From assembly GCF_051105105.1 (NCBI RefSeq), contig NZ_CP185339.1: a stretch of 64,000 nucleotides of DNA, one strand, 5' to 3'. The notes under the pieces are model-generated. The model ran no database searches, was not told the DNA's origin, and saw only the letters and a program-made list of their open reading frames with translations. Below, piece after piece: positions 51,513 to 61,061 of this stretch. The position numbers and the translations under genes were made by a program. This DNA comes from Nannocystis pusilla. Its GTDB lineage: Bacteria; Myxococcota_A; Polyangia; Nannocystales; Nannocystaceae. Within the stretch, counting starts at the first letter, position 1, and every line of letters starts with the position of its first letter.

Positions 51513-53055
51513 ACGCGCTGGGATGGTTCGGCGAGCGAGGGGGATGTCCGCGGGGACATGTCACTCGAGGCGGCCGTGCCAGATTCGAGCGATCGCCGAC
51601 CTGGTACGCGCCGCACACCGCGAACTCGAGCGCGCCGGCCGGGGCGGGCTGGTAAGTCGGTGATTCGACGTAGATCGCCGACGGGGCGGCGAAGCCGGGG
51701 TCGGGGCCGGCGACGTTGACGATCTCGGCGGCCGCCCAGTCGACCGGCCCGCAGCGCCGGTTCGGGGACCGCAGCAGCTCGACGCCCTGGCCGCCGGCGC
51801 TGCCGCGGACGAGCCACAGGCGGTCGTCCGCGGGTCGGATGAAGCGGGCGCGATAGGTGTCGGGGAACACGTGCAGCGGGGCGGTGTGGCCGGCCCAGCT
51901 CGCGCCGGCGGGGCGGTGATAGTACGCGACGACGCCGTCGAAGTAGGCGAGCACGTGGGTGTCGCCGGCGTCGTCGTGGAACAGGTCGGCGCCGCTGCGG
52001 ACCTGCGCGGCCGGGTCGGGTGGCTCGAGGGACAGGAACGTAGGGACCTGTCCTAAAGTGACGTCAGCGACCACCGCGGCGTACGTGCCGTCGGGGTACT
52101 GACCGGTGAAGGTCTGGCCGACCAGCGCGAGCTGGCCGCCGGGCGTGGCCATGGCGTGGACGTAGCCGAGGTCGTTGGCGCCGCCGAGGTCGACCTCGAC
52201 CGGCCCGTTCCAGCCGCCGCCGAAGTTGTAGGTGTAGACCCAGCGACCGGGGCCGCCGCCCTCGCCGACGACGGTAAACCACACGACGCGCGCGCCGGGG
52301 CCGAGCACCGCGGCGCCGACGTAGTTCGAGGCGGGCGGGGTGGTGTAGACCTGGCCGCTGATGAGCACTGCGTTGCAGGCGTGCACCGACGGATCGGCGG
52401 TGTCGAGGTAGCACTCCTCGAGGAAGTGCTGCTGGATGTTGACGCCGTAGGTGAGGATCGTCGAGCCGACCAGCACGCTGGCGGCGTTCTGCTGGATTCC
52501 GTCGGTGTGCGGCTGTTCGGCGACGAGGCTCCACGCGGGCTCGCCGGCGCCGCGGCGGAGGTAGCGGATCGTGCGGTTGTGATCCACGTCCTCGCCCGCG
52601 TCGACGTGAAACCACAGGCTGTCGTCGGGCGCGCGCATGAGGCCGCGCAGGTGCGGGCCCCAGCCGCCGTGCATCTCGACGTAGGCGCGGTTGTCGTCGG
52701 TGAGGAGCGTCAGGGCGACCTCCGGCGGCGGGGCGACCTCGGTAGTACCGGTGCCGGTGATCGTGGGGTCGGGCGCGTCGCCGGTGGTCGAGGTGGTGAC
52801 GGGCTCGCCGGAGGGGGTCGTCGTCGTTGCGACCTCGGTGGTGGCGAGCGTGGTGGCTGGATCGACGCCGGTGCTCGCGGAGGTGAGCGGGGGGGCGTCG
52901 GTGGTGCCGGCGCTGTCCGCCGGGCAGGCGGCGAGCAGCAGCGCGGCTGCGAATCGCAGGCGCGGGCGGAGCGAGCGAGGGACACGCACATGGCGGACGC
53001 CAGCCTCGGCGGTGGGCATGAGGGCAGTGTGACGCGAGGCCGCGCGCGGGCTCAA
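51496..53055 (-). CDS. Lipoprotein, hypothetical, with Thr-rich linker
   Basis: AALLLAACP lipobox after an N-terminal extension; the start may be the Met 12 codons in. The 3' end overlaps a perfect hairpin ATGTCCgcggGGACAT at ~51545-51570. Contains an in-frame GGACAGG..CCTGTCC element at ~52030-52065. Confidence 0.5.
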   Translation of the reverse strand: MSPRAASRHTALMPTAEAGVRHVRVPRSLRPRLRFAAALLLAACPADSAGTTDAPPLTSASTGVDPATTLATTEVATTTTPSGEPVTTSTTGDAPDPTITGTGTTEVAPPPEVALTLLTDDNRAYVEMHGGWGPHLRGLMRAPDDSLWFHVDAGEDVDHNRTIRYLRRGAGEPAWSLVAEQPHTDGIQQNAASVLVGSTILTYGVNIQQHFLEECYLDTADPSVHACNAVLISGQVYTTPPASNYVGAAVLGPGARVVWFTVVGEGGGPGRWVYTYNFGGGWNGPVEVDLGGANDLGYVHAMATPGGQLALVGQTFTGQYPDGTYAAVVADVTLGQVPTFLSLEPPDPAAQVRSGADLFHDDAGDTHVLAYFDGVVAYYHRPAGASWAGHTAPLHVFPDTYRARFIRPADDRLWLVRGSAGGQGVELLRSPNRRCGPVDWAAAEIVNVAGPDPGFAAPSAIYVESPTYQPAPAGALEFAVCGAYQVGDRSNLARPPRVTCPRGHPPRSPNHPSAFTAGG

Positions 53056-53100
53056 GTCGCGGCCCGGCGCGAGGACGCGCCGGGCGAGGGGTCCGGGCCC

Positions 53101-53874
53101 TCAAAAGCCGCAGCAGGTCGCTGCCTTGGCGACGATGGCGTCGCCCGCGGCGCAGACGCCCTCGGCCGCGCACTCGCCGACGGCCAACTCGTCCTCGAGG
53201 CAGGTGCAGGTCTGAGCGTCGCAGACCATCTTCTGCACCGGCCCGTCGGGGCACTCGAGCTGGACCTCGCACTCGTCGCCGCCGCCGAGCACGCTCTGAG
53301 CGCACTCGTCCCCGGCGCAGGCGGCGGTGACTGCGGCCTTCTGCTCGCTGCAGGCGGCGCTATTCTCGTCGACGGACACCAGCAGGTCGTCGCAGCTCAG
53401 GGCGGTGAAGCAGACGAGGACGTTGAGGTTGGCCTGCTTGCATTCGCCGACGAGCCCCCATTGATTGTCGCTGCAGCCGGCGATGCAGCCGGCGAGATCA
53501 GGCTGGAAGCCGCATTCGCCCCAGCGCTCGCAGTAACCCTGGCAGGCGCTCAGGGCGTCGGGATCGAGGCCGCCCGTGGTGGTGTCGACGTCGGTCGTCG
53601 CGCCGGTGTCGGTGGACGGATCGCCGGTGGTGACGTTGGTAGTGACGTCGGTGGTCGCGTCGGTGGTCGCGTCGGTGGGGGTCTCGCCGTCGCTGGTGGT
53701 GGGCGTGGCCTCGGTGGTGCTGGTGGGCGATTCGTCGGTGGTCGCGGCGGTGTCGTCCGTCGTCGGTGCGTCCGCGGTCGCGCCGGTGGTGTCCGCGGGG
53801 CCGTCGCCGTCGTCGCCGCAGGCGCCGGTGAAGAGGAGCATCGCAAACGGGAGTACGAAGATTCTTGCTGACAT
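53101..53874 (-). CDS. Cys-rich lipoprotein with acidic Thr/Asp-rich linker
   Basis: Start MSARIFVLPFAMLLFTGACG in track ORF 53101..54729. About 30 Cys in the C-terminal 150 aa, ending CCGF. Confidence 0.6.
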   Translation of the reverse strand: MSARIFVLPFAMLLFTGACGDDGDGPADTTGATADAPTTDDTAATTDESPTSTTEATPTTSDGETPTDATTDATTDVTTNVTTGDPSTDTGATTDVDTTTGGLDPDALSACQGYCERWGECGFQPDLAGCIAGCSDNQWGLVGECKQANLNVLVCFTALSCDDLLVSVDENSAACSEQKAAVTAACAGDECAQSVLGGGDECEVQLECPDGPVQKMVCDAQTCTCLEDELAVGECAAEGVCAAGDAIVAKAATCCGF

Positions 53875-54486
53875 GATAATCCTACGCGGTGCTGCGATTC
53901 GCGGGGCCCGAAGCCGGCCGCGTCGCCGCGCCATGCCGGAGTAGCTGCGAGAGGCGTGGCGGCGGATCACGGCGGCGTCGCGGGGAGGCTGTTGCGTCCG
54001 CACGCGGCGGCGCGGACGGCGGTGAAACCAATCGGGCTGGCGACCCGGTGATGCGAAACGCCACATGTTGCACCGACGCTCGGCCGGCGACACCACCCGG
54101 GCACACCGCGGGGAGCGGCGCGTTCGCGAGCGGGGGCGAGGACCGGTCGTCCTCGCTCGCCGAGGATGGCTCTCCGATCTTGCGATGGCGCGGATGCCCG
54201 AAGGACCGCGCCACGCGCTGGCCGCTCCGACGCTTGGTGGACGTTCGTCGGTTGGATGGTCAATTAAACATGTTCGATTGGTAATGTCTTCATGTTTATG
54301 TCTCCAAGAACATGCCCGATTGGACCTGTCGAATAGGGCACATCGCTCACGGGTCGAGCCCATTAAAGGAGGTCGAACAATGGGCTGCGCTAGTTGCGCA
54401 TCTCGTGGCTGACATGTACGAAAGTGCAGGTCGGCGCGTTTCCGCGCCTCCGCTTTGGAAGGCCGCCAGGGGCCGAAAATTCTCGC

Positions 54487-54516
54487 TTGACGGCTTACTA
54501 CACCTGTAGTACTACG
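54487..54516 (+). promoter_or_regulatory. Promoter plus BlaI-type operator: TTGACG (-35) then a 7-2-7 palindrome TACTACA-CC-TGTAGTA just upstream of the repressor start
   Basis: ttgacggcttactacacctgtagtactacg read directly. The TACA/TGTA half-sites match the BlaI/MecI/CopY operator style. Embedded in a locally AT-richer intergenic stretch (54240-54520). Confidence 0.6.
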
Positions 54517-54526
54517 TTTGTCGTTC

Positions 54527-54928
54527 ATGGGTGAGGTACTCCAGCTCAGCGATCTGCAGCTCGGCCTGCTGCGGATCTTGTGGGACCGCGGGGAGGCGAC
54601 GGCGCTCGAGGTGCATGCGGCTCTGGTCGAGCAAGAGCGGGGGCTCGCGCCGACGACGGTGTCGACGATGCTGTCGCGGCTGGAGAAGAAGGGGACCATC
54701 GCGCACCGCACGGAGGGCCGGCAGTTCATCTACCGGGCGCTCGTCTGTGAGGTGGACGTGAGGCGCTCGATGCTGGGCAGGCTCACCGACTACTTCTTCG
54801 GCGGGGACGTGGCGGCGCTGGTCAGCCACCTCGTCGAGGGCCGCGACGCCGAACCGGACGACGTTGCGCGCCTGCAACAACTATTGGCCGAACGATCCGG
54901 CGGAGCTGAGGAACACGACGATGTTTGA
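54527..54928 (+). CDS. BlaI/MecI/CopY-family transcriptional repressor
   Basis: MGEVLQLSDLQLGLLRILWDRGEATALEVHAALVEQERGLAPTTVSTMLSRLEKKGTIAHRTEGRQFIYRALV. The track ORF begins 3 codons earlier at a TTG. Confidence 0.8.
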   Translation: MGEVLQLSDLQLGLLRILWDRGEATALEVHAALVEQERGLAPTTVSTMLSRLEKKGTIAHRTEGRQFIYRALVCEVDVRRSMLGRLTDYFFGGDVAALVSHLVEGRDAEPDDVARLQQLLAERSGGAEEHDDV

Positions 54929-57143
54929 TCTTGCGATCGATCCTGCCGGCCTCGCCGGTCTCGCGGCGCCTGCCGCTCACACGACGGTGAGCTGGCTCGG
55001 CACCTACTTCGTCCACTCGACGGTGCTCATCGGCGGCGTGTGGATGTTCAGCCGCTTCCTGCCGCTCGACGCGCTGACCCGCAGCTTGCTGTGGAAGACA
55101 TCGCTGGTCGGCGGGCTGTTCACGGCGACGCTGCAGACGGGGCTCGGGGTCGAGCCGATGTTCGGCCGCGTCACCGTGGCGGCGAGCAGCCCGGACCTGG
55201 GCGCGCCCACGACGGCCCCGGCGCCGCCGCCGGTGGTGGAGGAGGAGCCGGCGACGCTGCTGGTGCCGTTCACCCGCGCGTGCGTCGGCTGCGAGTCGCA
55301 CGTGGTAGTCGTCAGCGACGACGACATCACGGCGGTGTTCGCCTCGCCGCCGCTGTTCGTCGACGCGCCGGGCTGGGCGGTCGCGCCGACGCCGGCGCTG
55401 ATGCCCGCGCCGACGACCGAGCCGCCGCTGGCGGCCGCGCCGATGCAGATCGCTACGGCGGGTCCGGTCGGGGGCGTGAGCGCGGCGGTGTGGGCATTCG
55501 CGGGGCTGTTCGTGTTCGGCGCCGCGGCCTCGCTCGGCCGGCTCGGGATGACGTTCTCTCGCCTGCGCCGCGGGCTCCGCGGTCGTCGCCTGCTCGGCTC
55601 GGGCTCGCTGCGCGAGCGCCTGACGCGGCTGCTGGCCCACGCGCGGCTGCCCGGCCACAGCGTCACGCTGAGCGAGTCGGCGGACATCAGCTCGCCCATC
55701 GCCCTCACCGGCCGCGAGATCGTGGTGCCGGAGCAGGTGCGCGAGCTGGCGCCGCGGCAGCAGGAGGCGATGCTGGCCCACGAGCTGGCCCACGTGCTGC
55801 GCCGCGATCCGGCGTGGCAGGTGATGGCGGCGTTCGTCGAGTCGCTGCTGTTCTTCCAGCCGCTCAATCGAGTGGCCCGTCGCGGCATGCAGGAGGCGGC
55901 GGAGGAGCTGTGCGACGACTGGGCGGTCCGCCACACCGGTTCGGAGGTGCACCTGGCGCGCTGCCTGGCCGAGGTCGCGGCGTGGCCTGGCCATCGGGAC
56001 ATGTCGGCGTTCGCCAGCCCGATGGCGGGGCACGCCTCGCAGCTGGTGCGCCGGGTGCAGCGCCTGCTCGACGTGCACCTGCGCGACCGCGGGCTGTGGG
56101 CCCGGCGCTGGCGGGTGGCCCTCGGCGCGGCGCTGCTGGCGATGGTGACGTTCGGCGCGCCCGGGCTGTCGATCGCGGCCGAGGCGCAAGATGCCCCCGA
56201 GTGGCCGACGACGCCCGACAACGGGCCGGCGCCGCAGCCGTCGCTGTCGTTCGTCCACGTGCCCGAGACGCCGATCGTGGCCGTGCGGACGCCGCATAGC
56301 CACGCGGTCCACGGGCACGACATCATCGTCGTCGAGCATGCGCAGGAGCTGACCCGCAAGCAGAAGCGACTGCTGCGCCGCGCCGAGCGGCACGCCCGCA
56401 AGGCGGCCAAGCTGCGCGCCAAGAGCGGGCTGTACGCGGTGCCGGCGACGCACGCGGTGTACGTGCCGGTGTCGCACGTGACGCCGCCGACGCCGCCGAC
56501 GCCGCCGACGCCGCCGACGCCGCCGACGCCGCCGACGCCGCCGACGCCGCCGAGCTTCAAGGTCGTCGTCGCGCACGACCACGACGACTGCGACGACGAC
56601 GATCACGACGTGATGGTCCACCGGATGGCCGTCCCGCACGTGGCCGTCCACCCGCCCGTGTTCCACGTGCCGGACATCGACGAGGAGGCGATCGCGGCCC
56701 AGGCCGAGGCGATCGCGGCCCAGGTCGAAGCCCAGCTCCAGGGCCTCGACGAGCAGATCGAGCGCGAGCTGGAGAGCATCGACTTCGACAAGATCGCCGC
56801 CGACGTGGAGCGCGGGGTCAAGGCGTCGCTCCGCGGCGTCGAGCGGGCCCGCGAGGACGCCGAACGGGCCCGCGAAAACGCCGAGCGGGCGCGCGAGCGG
56901 GCGGACCGGGCGCGCGAGCAGGGCGACCGGGCGCGTGAACAGGGCGACCGGGCGCGCGAGCGGGCCGAGCGGGCGCGCGAGCGGGCCGAGCGGCAGGCCG
57001 AGAAGGGCCGCCGCAAGGCCGACGCTTCGCGGGCCGCGGCCGCGGTCCGCAGCGCGGTCGACGAGGCGCTGCGCGACGGAGTGATCGACGCCGAGGAGCA
57101 GCGCAAGATCAGCGAGGCGGCCCGCCAGGTCCGCATGAAGTGA
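54921..57143 (+). CDS. BlaR1/M56-family membrane metallopeptidase signal transducer with unusual C-terminus ((PPT)8 tract plus charged coiled-coil RAREQGD repeats)
   Basis: Start MFDLAIDPAG overlaps the repressor stop. Four TM helices. HELAHVLRRD zinc motif. A 9-bp tandem repeat (ccgccgacg x8, ~56473-56550) encodes PPTPPT... C-terminal ERARENAERARERADRAREQGDRAREQGDRARERAERARERAERQ. Confidence 0.8.
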   Translation: MFDLAIDPAGLAGLAAPAAHTTVSWLGTYFVHSTVLIGGVWMFSRFLPLDALTRSLLWKTSLVGGLFTATLQTGLGVEPMFGRVTVAASSPDLGAPTTAPAPPPVVEEEPATLLVPFTRACVGCESHVVVVSDDDITAVFASPPLFVDAPGWAVAPTPALMPAPTTEPPLAAAPMQIATAGPVGGVSAAVWAFAGLFVFGAAASLGRLGMTFSRLRRGLRGRRLLGSGSLRERLTRLLAHARLPGHSVTLSESADISSPIALTGREIVVPEQVRELAPRQQEAMLAHELAHVLRRDPAWQVMAAFVESLLFFQPLNRVARRGMQEAAEELCDDWAVRHTGSEVHLARCLAEVAAWPGHRDMSAFASPMAGHASQLVRRVQRLLDVHLRDRGLWARRWRVALGAALLAMVTFGAPGLSIAAEAQDAPEWPTTPDNGPAPQPSLSFVHVPETPIVAVRTPHSHAVHGHDIIVVEHAQELTRKQKRLLRRAERHARKAAKLRAKSGLYAVPATHAVYVPVSHVTPPTPPTPPTPPTPPTPPTPPTPPSFKVVVAHDHDDCDDDDHDVMVHRMAVPHVAVHPPVFHVPDIDEEAIAAQAEAIAAQVEAQLQGLDEQIERELESIDFDKIAADVERGVKASLRGVERAREDAERARENAERARERADRAREQGDRAREQGDRARERAERARERAERQAEKGRRKADASRAAAAVRSAVDEALRDGVIDAEEQRKISEAARQVRMK

Positions 57144-57168
57144 GGCGGTAGGTCCTCAGGTGTCCAGA

Positions 57169-57200
57169 GGGACATGCTCGCTCGAGCATGTCCCTTTTTT
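57169..57200 (+). terminator. Intrinsic terminator: perfect 12-bp stem GGGACATGCTCG-ct-CGAGCATGTCCC followed by TTTTTT
   Basis: Seen directly, 26 nt after the BlaR1-like stop. Followed at 57203-57250 by three tandem GGGCATGGCC-cgaa units, each forming a small GCCCgaaGGGC hairpin. Confidence 0.75.
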
Positions 57201-57317
57201 CATGGCCCGAAGGGCATGGCCCGAAGGGCATGGCCTTTCGGGCATGCCCGCAAAGATGACCTCGGCGCGGCCGCGGCGGCCTCGCGGGTCGGCGCGGCGA
57301 CCGAGGGCGGAGCGCGG

Positions 57318-57872
57318 TCAGGGGGCCGCCCAGGTGCAGGGGTCGGGCGTGGTCTCGCCGCCGGCGTCGGGATCGGCGGGCAGGTCGAGGGAGACGACGA
57401 GGCGGTCCTGCAGCTTGATCGCTCCGGCCAGCGCCTTGTACGGGGCGATGCCCCACTGGGAGGGCACGAGCGTGAAGTCGGCGCGCAGGCGGTCGCCCTC
57501 GACGCGGACCGGGGCGCGCACCGGAGCTGTCCTTCCGAGCATGACCAATCGGCCATCCAGGATCCCGCCGGGGGTGAGCGCCCCGGTGAAGGTGACCTCC
57601 GGGTGCTGCGCGGTCAGCAGGATCTCGTCGGTGATGTTGCGCTGGATCTTGGCCTTGTCGCCGGCGCCGAGGCCGTCGACGTCGACGCGCCCGTCCTTGC
57701 CGACGACGCCGTCGACCTTCAGCGTGGCCGGCCAGAAGCGACCGCTGAGCGCGGTGCCTTCGCGGCGGATCTCGAAGCGACCCAGCGACAGCCGGAGATC
57801 GTGGGCGAGCCGCGCGAGCAGGCCGTCCTTGAACGTGAAGACGTGGATCGTGCCTTTGTCCTGCGTGTTCAT
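57318..57872 (-). CDS. YceI-like family protein
   Basis: Start MNTQDKGTIHVFTFKDG in track ORF 57318..58199. 184 aa with a YceI-like beta-barrel pattern (FTGALTPGGILDGRLVMLGRTAPV). Confidence 0.7.
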   Translation of the reverse strand: MNTQDKGTIHVFTFKDGLLARLAHDLRLSLGRFEIRREGTALSGRFWPATLKVDGVVGKDGRVDVDGLGAGDKAKIQRNITDEILLTAQHPEVTFTGALTPGGILDGRLVMLGRTAPVRAPVRVEGDRLRADFTLVPSQWGIAPYKALAGAIKLQDRLVVSLDLPADPDAGGETTPDPCTWAAP

Positions 57873-58183
57873 GGGAATTCCCGGTCCGTTGCCTGCGTTG
57901 CCAGTCCGTCGCCGGCGGGCGGCGGGTCGAGGACGGCCACCGCGAGAGCAGCCAATTCCACATTGCGGATGTGGATGTAGGGGCGCATCGTCGCTTCGAG
58001 CGTGCTGTGACGGGCTAGCTTCTGCAAGGCCAGCGGAGGCACACCGACCTGCGCGGCGAGCTTCAGGGCGGTGTGTCGGTGCATGTGAGGGGCCTTGGGC
58101 GCAACACCCGCCTCCCGCTGGATGGCATCGACCCGGGTGGCGTCTCCGCGAGCTCGACCCCGAAGCGGCCCACCCGCGGACAT
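57869..58183 (-). pseudogene. 3' fragment of a tyrosine recombinase/phage-integrase gene (catalytic H-x-x-R ... Y box only)
   Basis: Track ORF of 104 aa. PHMHRHTALKLAAQVGVPPLALQKLARHSTLEATMRPYIHI is the integrase C-terminal catalytic region (HxxR, catalytic Tyr). No N-terminal or core domain upstream. It abuts the YceI start. Confidence 0.6.
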
Positions 58184-58265
58184 CCCGTGGCGGCGTCATC
58201 TCGACCGGACGCCCGGCGGCTCGGGGGGCGGCGTCTCGTCCATGCTCCCAGGTTTTAAAGCTCCG

Positions 58266-58874
58266 TTACCCGCTCTTCTCCCGCGAGGGATGAGCCCCGA
58301 CGCCGAACTGGTACCCGAACGCTGCGATGTCGGCCGCGTAGATCTCTTCGACGATCGACCTGGTCTCGTCTTCGTAATAGTCAGTGTAGAATTTGTGTTC
58401 AGTCTTGAAGACATGCGGCAACTGTCTGGCCCCGATCTGAAGATGTGAGCAGATCCTGGCGAAGTCGCTCTGAAGCGCCTCGAAGCGGCCGATGAAATCG
58501 ACGGCGATCGTTCCCCCGACGCTCAGGCGTGTCACCTGCGGCGACAACGCGTCTTCTAGCCACAGTGCCGAGGATGACAGCCTGACCCCGTTCTTCAGCC
58601 GTCGTAGCATCTCGGAGAAGTCATAGTCGAACAGACGCTGATGATCTCTGCTCCAGAAGTACCTGGACACCAACCAGTCCCATGGATTGCGGACGAACGC
58701 GAACTTGTAGTACGTGCGAAACCTGTCGGGGAAATTTTCGCTGTAGAAGGCCGCCGTCGCGTGTTTCAGATCCACGTCCCTTCGATCGGCCGCAGCATCG
58801 AAGACCTTTTCGATGCTGGTTCCCCCCGTCTTGTTGATATGGATAAAGATGAATTTGTGAGCATCGGAGATCAT
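58266..58874 (-). CDS. Sulfotransferase family protein (PAPS-dependent; 5'-PSB-like KTGGTS and 3'-PB-like RNPWDWLVSRY motifs)
   Basis: 202 aa starting MISDAHKFIFIHINKTGGTSIEKVF. GC visibly lower (~55%) than surrounding genes. Confidence 0.7.
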   Translation of the reverse strand: MISDAHKFIFIHINKTGGTSIEKVFDAAADRRDVDLKHATAAFYSENFPDRFRTYYKFAFVRNPWDWLVSRYFWSRDHQRLFDYDFSEMLRRLKNGVRLSSSALWLEDALSPQVTRLSVGGTIAVDFIGRFEALQSDFARICSHLQIGARQLPHVFKTEHKFYTDYYEDETRSIVEEIYAADIAAFGYQFGVGAHPSREKSG

Positions 58875-58901
58875 GAGGAGACCCCAGAGGAAGTCGGTGC
58901 G

Positions 58902-59774
58902 TCAGATGGATGGGGCGTCCGGCTCGCGGTCGGCGCCACCGATGAGGATCGCATACACGACGGCCTCCGTGGCCGGCTCCAGGCCGAGCAGCGCGTTGAA
59001 GGGCTCGTCCCAGAAGCCGCCGACGGGCACCGCGTGAAGGTCGAGCGCCGTGGCCGCGAGCAGGATGTTCTGCGCGATGTGCCCGGCTTCCAGCAGCGCG
59101 AATCGATACCCGCGCTCGAGGTACTTCGCCTGGACGCGGGCGAACACGACGGTGAGCGCGAGCACCAGCGGAGGCCCGGAATCGAAGAGATCGGGCGGCA
59201 GGAACTCTCGCATCACGTCGAAGCCGGCGACCGGACGCACGAGCTCGAGGGCGTGATCGAGCGCGGCGTAGTGATACACGCCAGGAGTGAGCGCTTCGAG
59301 CGAGAAGACGAGCGGGTAGACCTCCACCGGGTAGAGCCCGCCGGGCGACGGCGCGGCGCGGCGTGGAACCTCCAGCGGCGCGGTGACGCCCGCCGAGAGC
59401 TCGAGCAATTTCGCCAGCTCGCGCTGGGAGACGGTTCTACGCGAGAACGTCCGCGCCGATCGCCGCCGGCGGATCAACGCCTCGAAGCTGGCGGTCAGCG
59501 GCTCCGGCCGCGGCAGAGCGATCGTGGGCGCGCCGGGGTATCGCTTGTAGTCGAGGTTGAGCGTGAGGGCCTCGACCTCCGCGACGGTCAGGGTGCCGGT
59601 CCACTCCGGACCCATGGAGCTGTGCTGGTGATAGACGCGTGAGGCCGGCCAGCGGCACTCCGCGGGCAGGCCGAACGGCGCGAATTGAGCCCGGCGCTCC
59701 ACGTCCATGCGCTGGCGCAGCGCCTCCAACGCGCGGCCGATCTGCTCGGCCGTCCACGGCGCTTCGTCGTTCAC
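58902..59774 (-). CDS. SagB-type dehydrogenase / nitroreductase-superfamily protein (McbC/SagB-like)
   Basis: GTG start (VNDEAPWTAEQ...) with GGAGGTG 5 nt upstream, in the frame of track ORF 58902..61061. RRRSARTFS...RRAAPSPGGLYPVEVYPLVF...AKYLERGYRFALLEAGHIAQNILLAATALDLHAVPVGGFWD matches the SagB-type dehydrogenase domain. Confidence 0.7.
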   Translation of the reverse strand: MNDEAPWTAEQIGRALEALRQRMDVERRAQFAPFGLPAECRWPASRVYHQHSSMGPEWTGTLTVAEVEALTLNLDYKRYPGAPTIALPRPEPLTASFEALIRRRRSARTFSRRTVSQRELAKLLELSAGVTAPLEVPRRAAPSPGGLYPVEVYPLVFSLEALTPGVYHYAALDHALELVRPVAGFDVMREFLPPDLFDSGPPLVLALTVVFARVQAKYLERGYRFALLEAGHIAQNILLAATALDLHAVPVGGFWDEPFNALLGLEPATEAVVYAILIGGADREPDAPSI

Positions 59775-61061
59775 GTCGCACCTCCGAGGTTCTGCTCGGG
59801 CGCAACGACGGCGAGGAGCCCGAGACCGACGAGTTTTTCGGCGAGGGCGAGCTTGGCGGGGGCGGTCAGGCCGTCGTCGATGTCGGCGATCCGAAACGGA
59901 CCCTCCGCGGCGAGGATGCCACGCAAGGCCGCCTCTGCGACCCTGCCTGTCCGGAGCATGCCGCCTCCGGCGAGGACGAGCACGGCTGCGTCGGCGTCTC
60001 GCGTGAGCTGGAATTCGAGCTCCGGCCGGCGCGCCACCAGGGTCTGCAACGAGATCTCGTGCGCCATGAACGACGATTCCAGGCGGGCGAGCGGAGGAGC
60101 CATCATTCCCTGCAGGTGGCGCTGCGCGAGGCCCTCGCACAGATCCTCGAGACTCAAGTTCGCAAGCGCCTCGCGCACCCGCTCGAGGCGGGCCGCGAAC
60201 TCTCGGCGGAGCGGCTCGTGCCGATGTCCGTCGAACAACGCGCCCGCCGGGAGCGGGGCCGTGAAATCGCGGGTCCGGGCGAGGCTCGCCCGCAGGAGGT
60301 CCAGCACGGAGCTCCACTGGAACGGCTTGAACACGACAGTGAGGGAGAACGAGGCTGATTCGTTCGTGACCTCGTGGACGAAGCCGCGGGGGAGGTAGAG
60401 CAGGTCGCCGGGTTCGAGGACCAGGTCGTGCGTCGGCTCCCCGAGGTCGGCCCGGGAGTGCATGCCCGGACCCTCGGCCTCGACGCGGGGAAAGATCTGC
60501 CATCGCTTCGAACCGGAGATCTGGAGCGTGAAGATCTCCGTCTCGTCGTGATGCGGGCCCAGGCCGGCCGCCCTGGGGGGCGCGATGTAACACGAGAGCG
60601 AATCTTCTGGGGTGCTGGAGCGTGCGCTCCATCTGCCGCAACATCGCCATCACGGGGGCGCCGGGATCCAGGAAGCATTCCATGCGCCGCAGCCGAATCG
60701 GGCTTCCGAGCAGCACACGCTCGTGGAGCTCGTCGAGCGCGGCCGGCGGAGCTGCCGGCCAATGGCCGTCCTGCGACGGTGTGGTGATCGAGCGCCGGCC
60801 GAATATCCCCTCTATCGAGAGGTAGCGCTCGACCTCGGCGAGGTGGATGAGGTCTTTATAGTAGTCGCGCCTCCCGCGGGCCAGGTGGAGCGGGCGTCTC
60901 CCCCAGTACTCCGAGCAGAACGCGTGGAACGGCAGCGGCTCGATGAGCGCGGCGAACGACCAGGGCGCCGCGAAGACGGCGGAGCCCTCGCCGCGAACGA
61001 GGAAACGCTCCCCGAGGTCGAGGTCACGCGGAAGCCCAGCGGGACGGCCGTGCATCGACAA
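59771..61061 (-). CDS. JmjC/cupin-4-like Fe(II)/2OG oxygenase (HHDE facial triad) with apparent 1-nt frameshift at a G/C4 run (~60610)
   Basis: N-terminal part MSMHGRPAG...FHAFCSEYWGRRPLHL...MERTLQHP in the frame of ORF 58902..61061. Continues in another frame as EDSLSCYIAPPRAAGLGPHHDETEIFTLQISGSKRWQIFP...LEPGDLLYLPRGFVHEVTN (track 59771..60463). Deleting one C in cacccca joins them. Confidence 0.65.

Noticed and set aside
58902-61061. Calling a TOMM (thiazole/oxazole) cluster outright
   Set aside because: No YcaO cyclodehydratase, LanM, rSAM or C39-transporter gene is present inside the window. Stand-alone SagB-like nitroreductases also occur outside RiPP pathways. The cluster is therefore reported as a putative RiPP-like system pending sequence beyond 64 kb.
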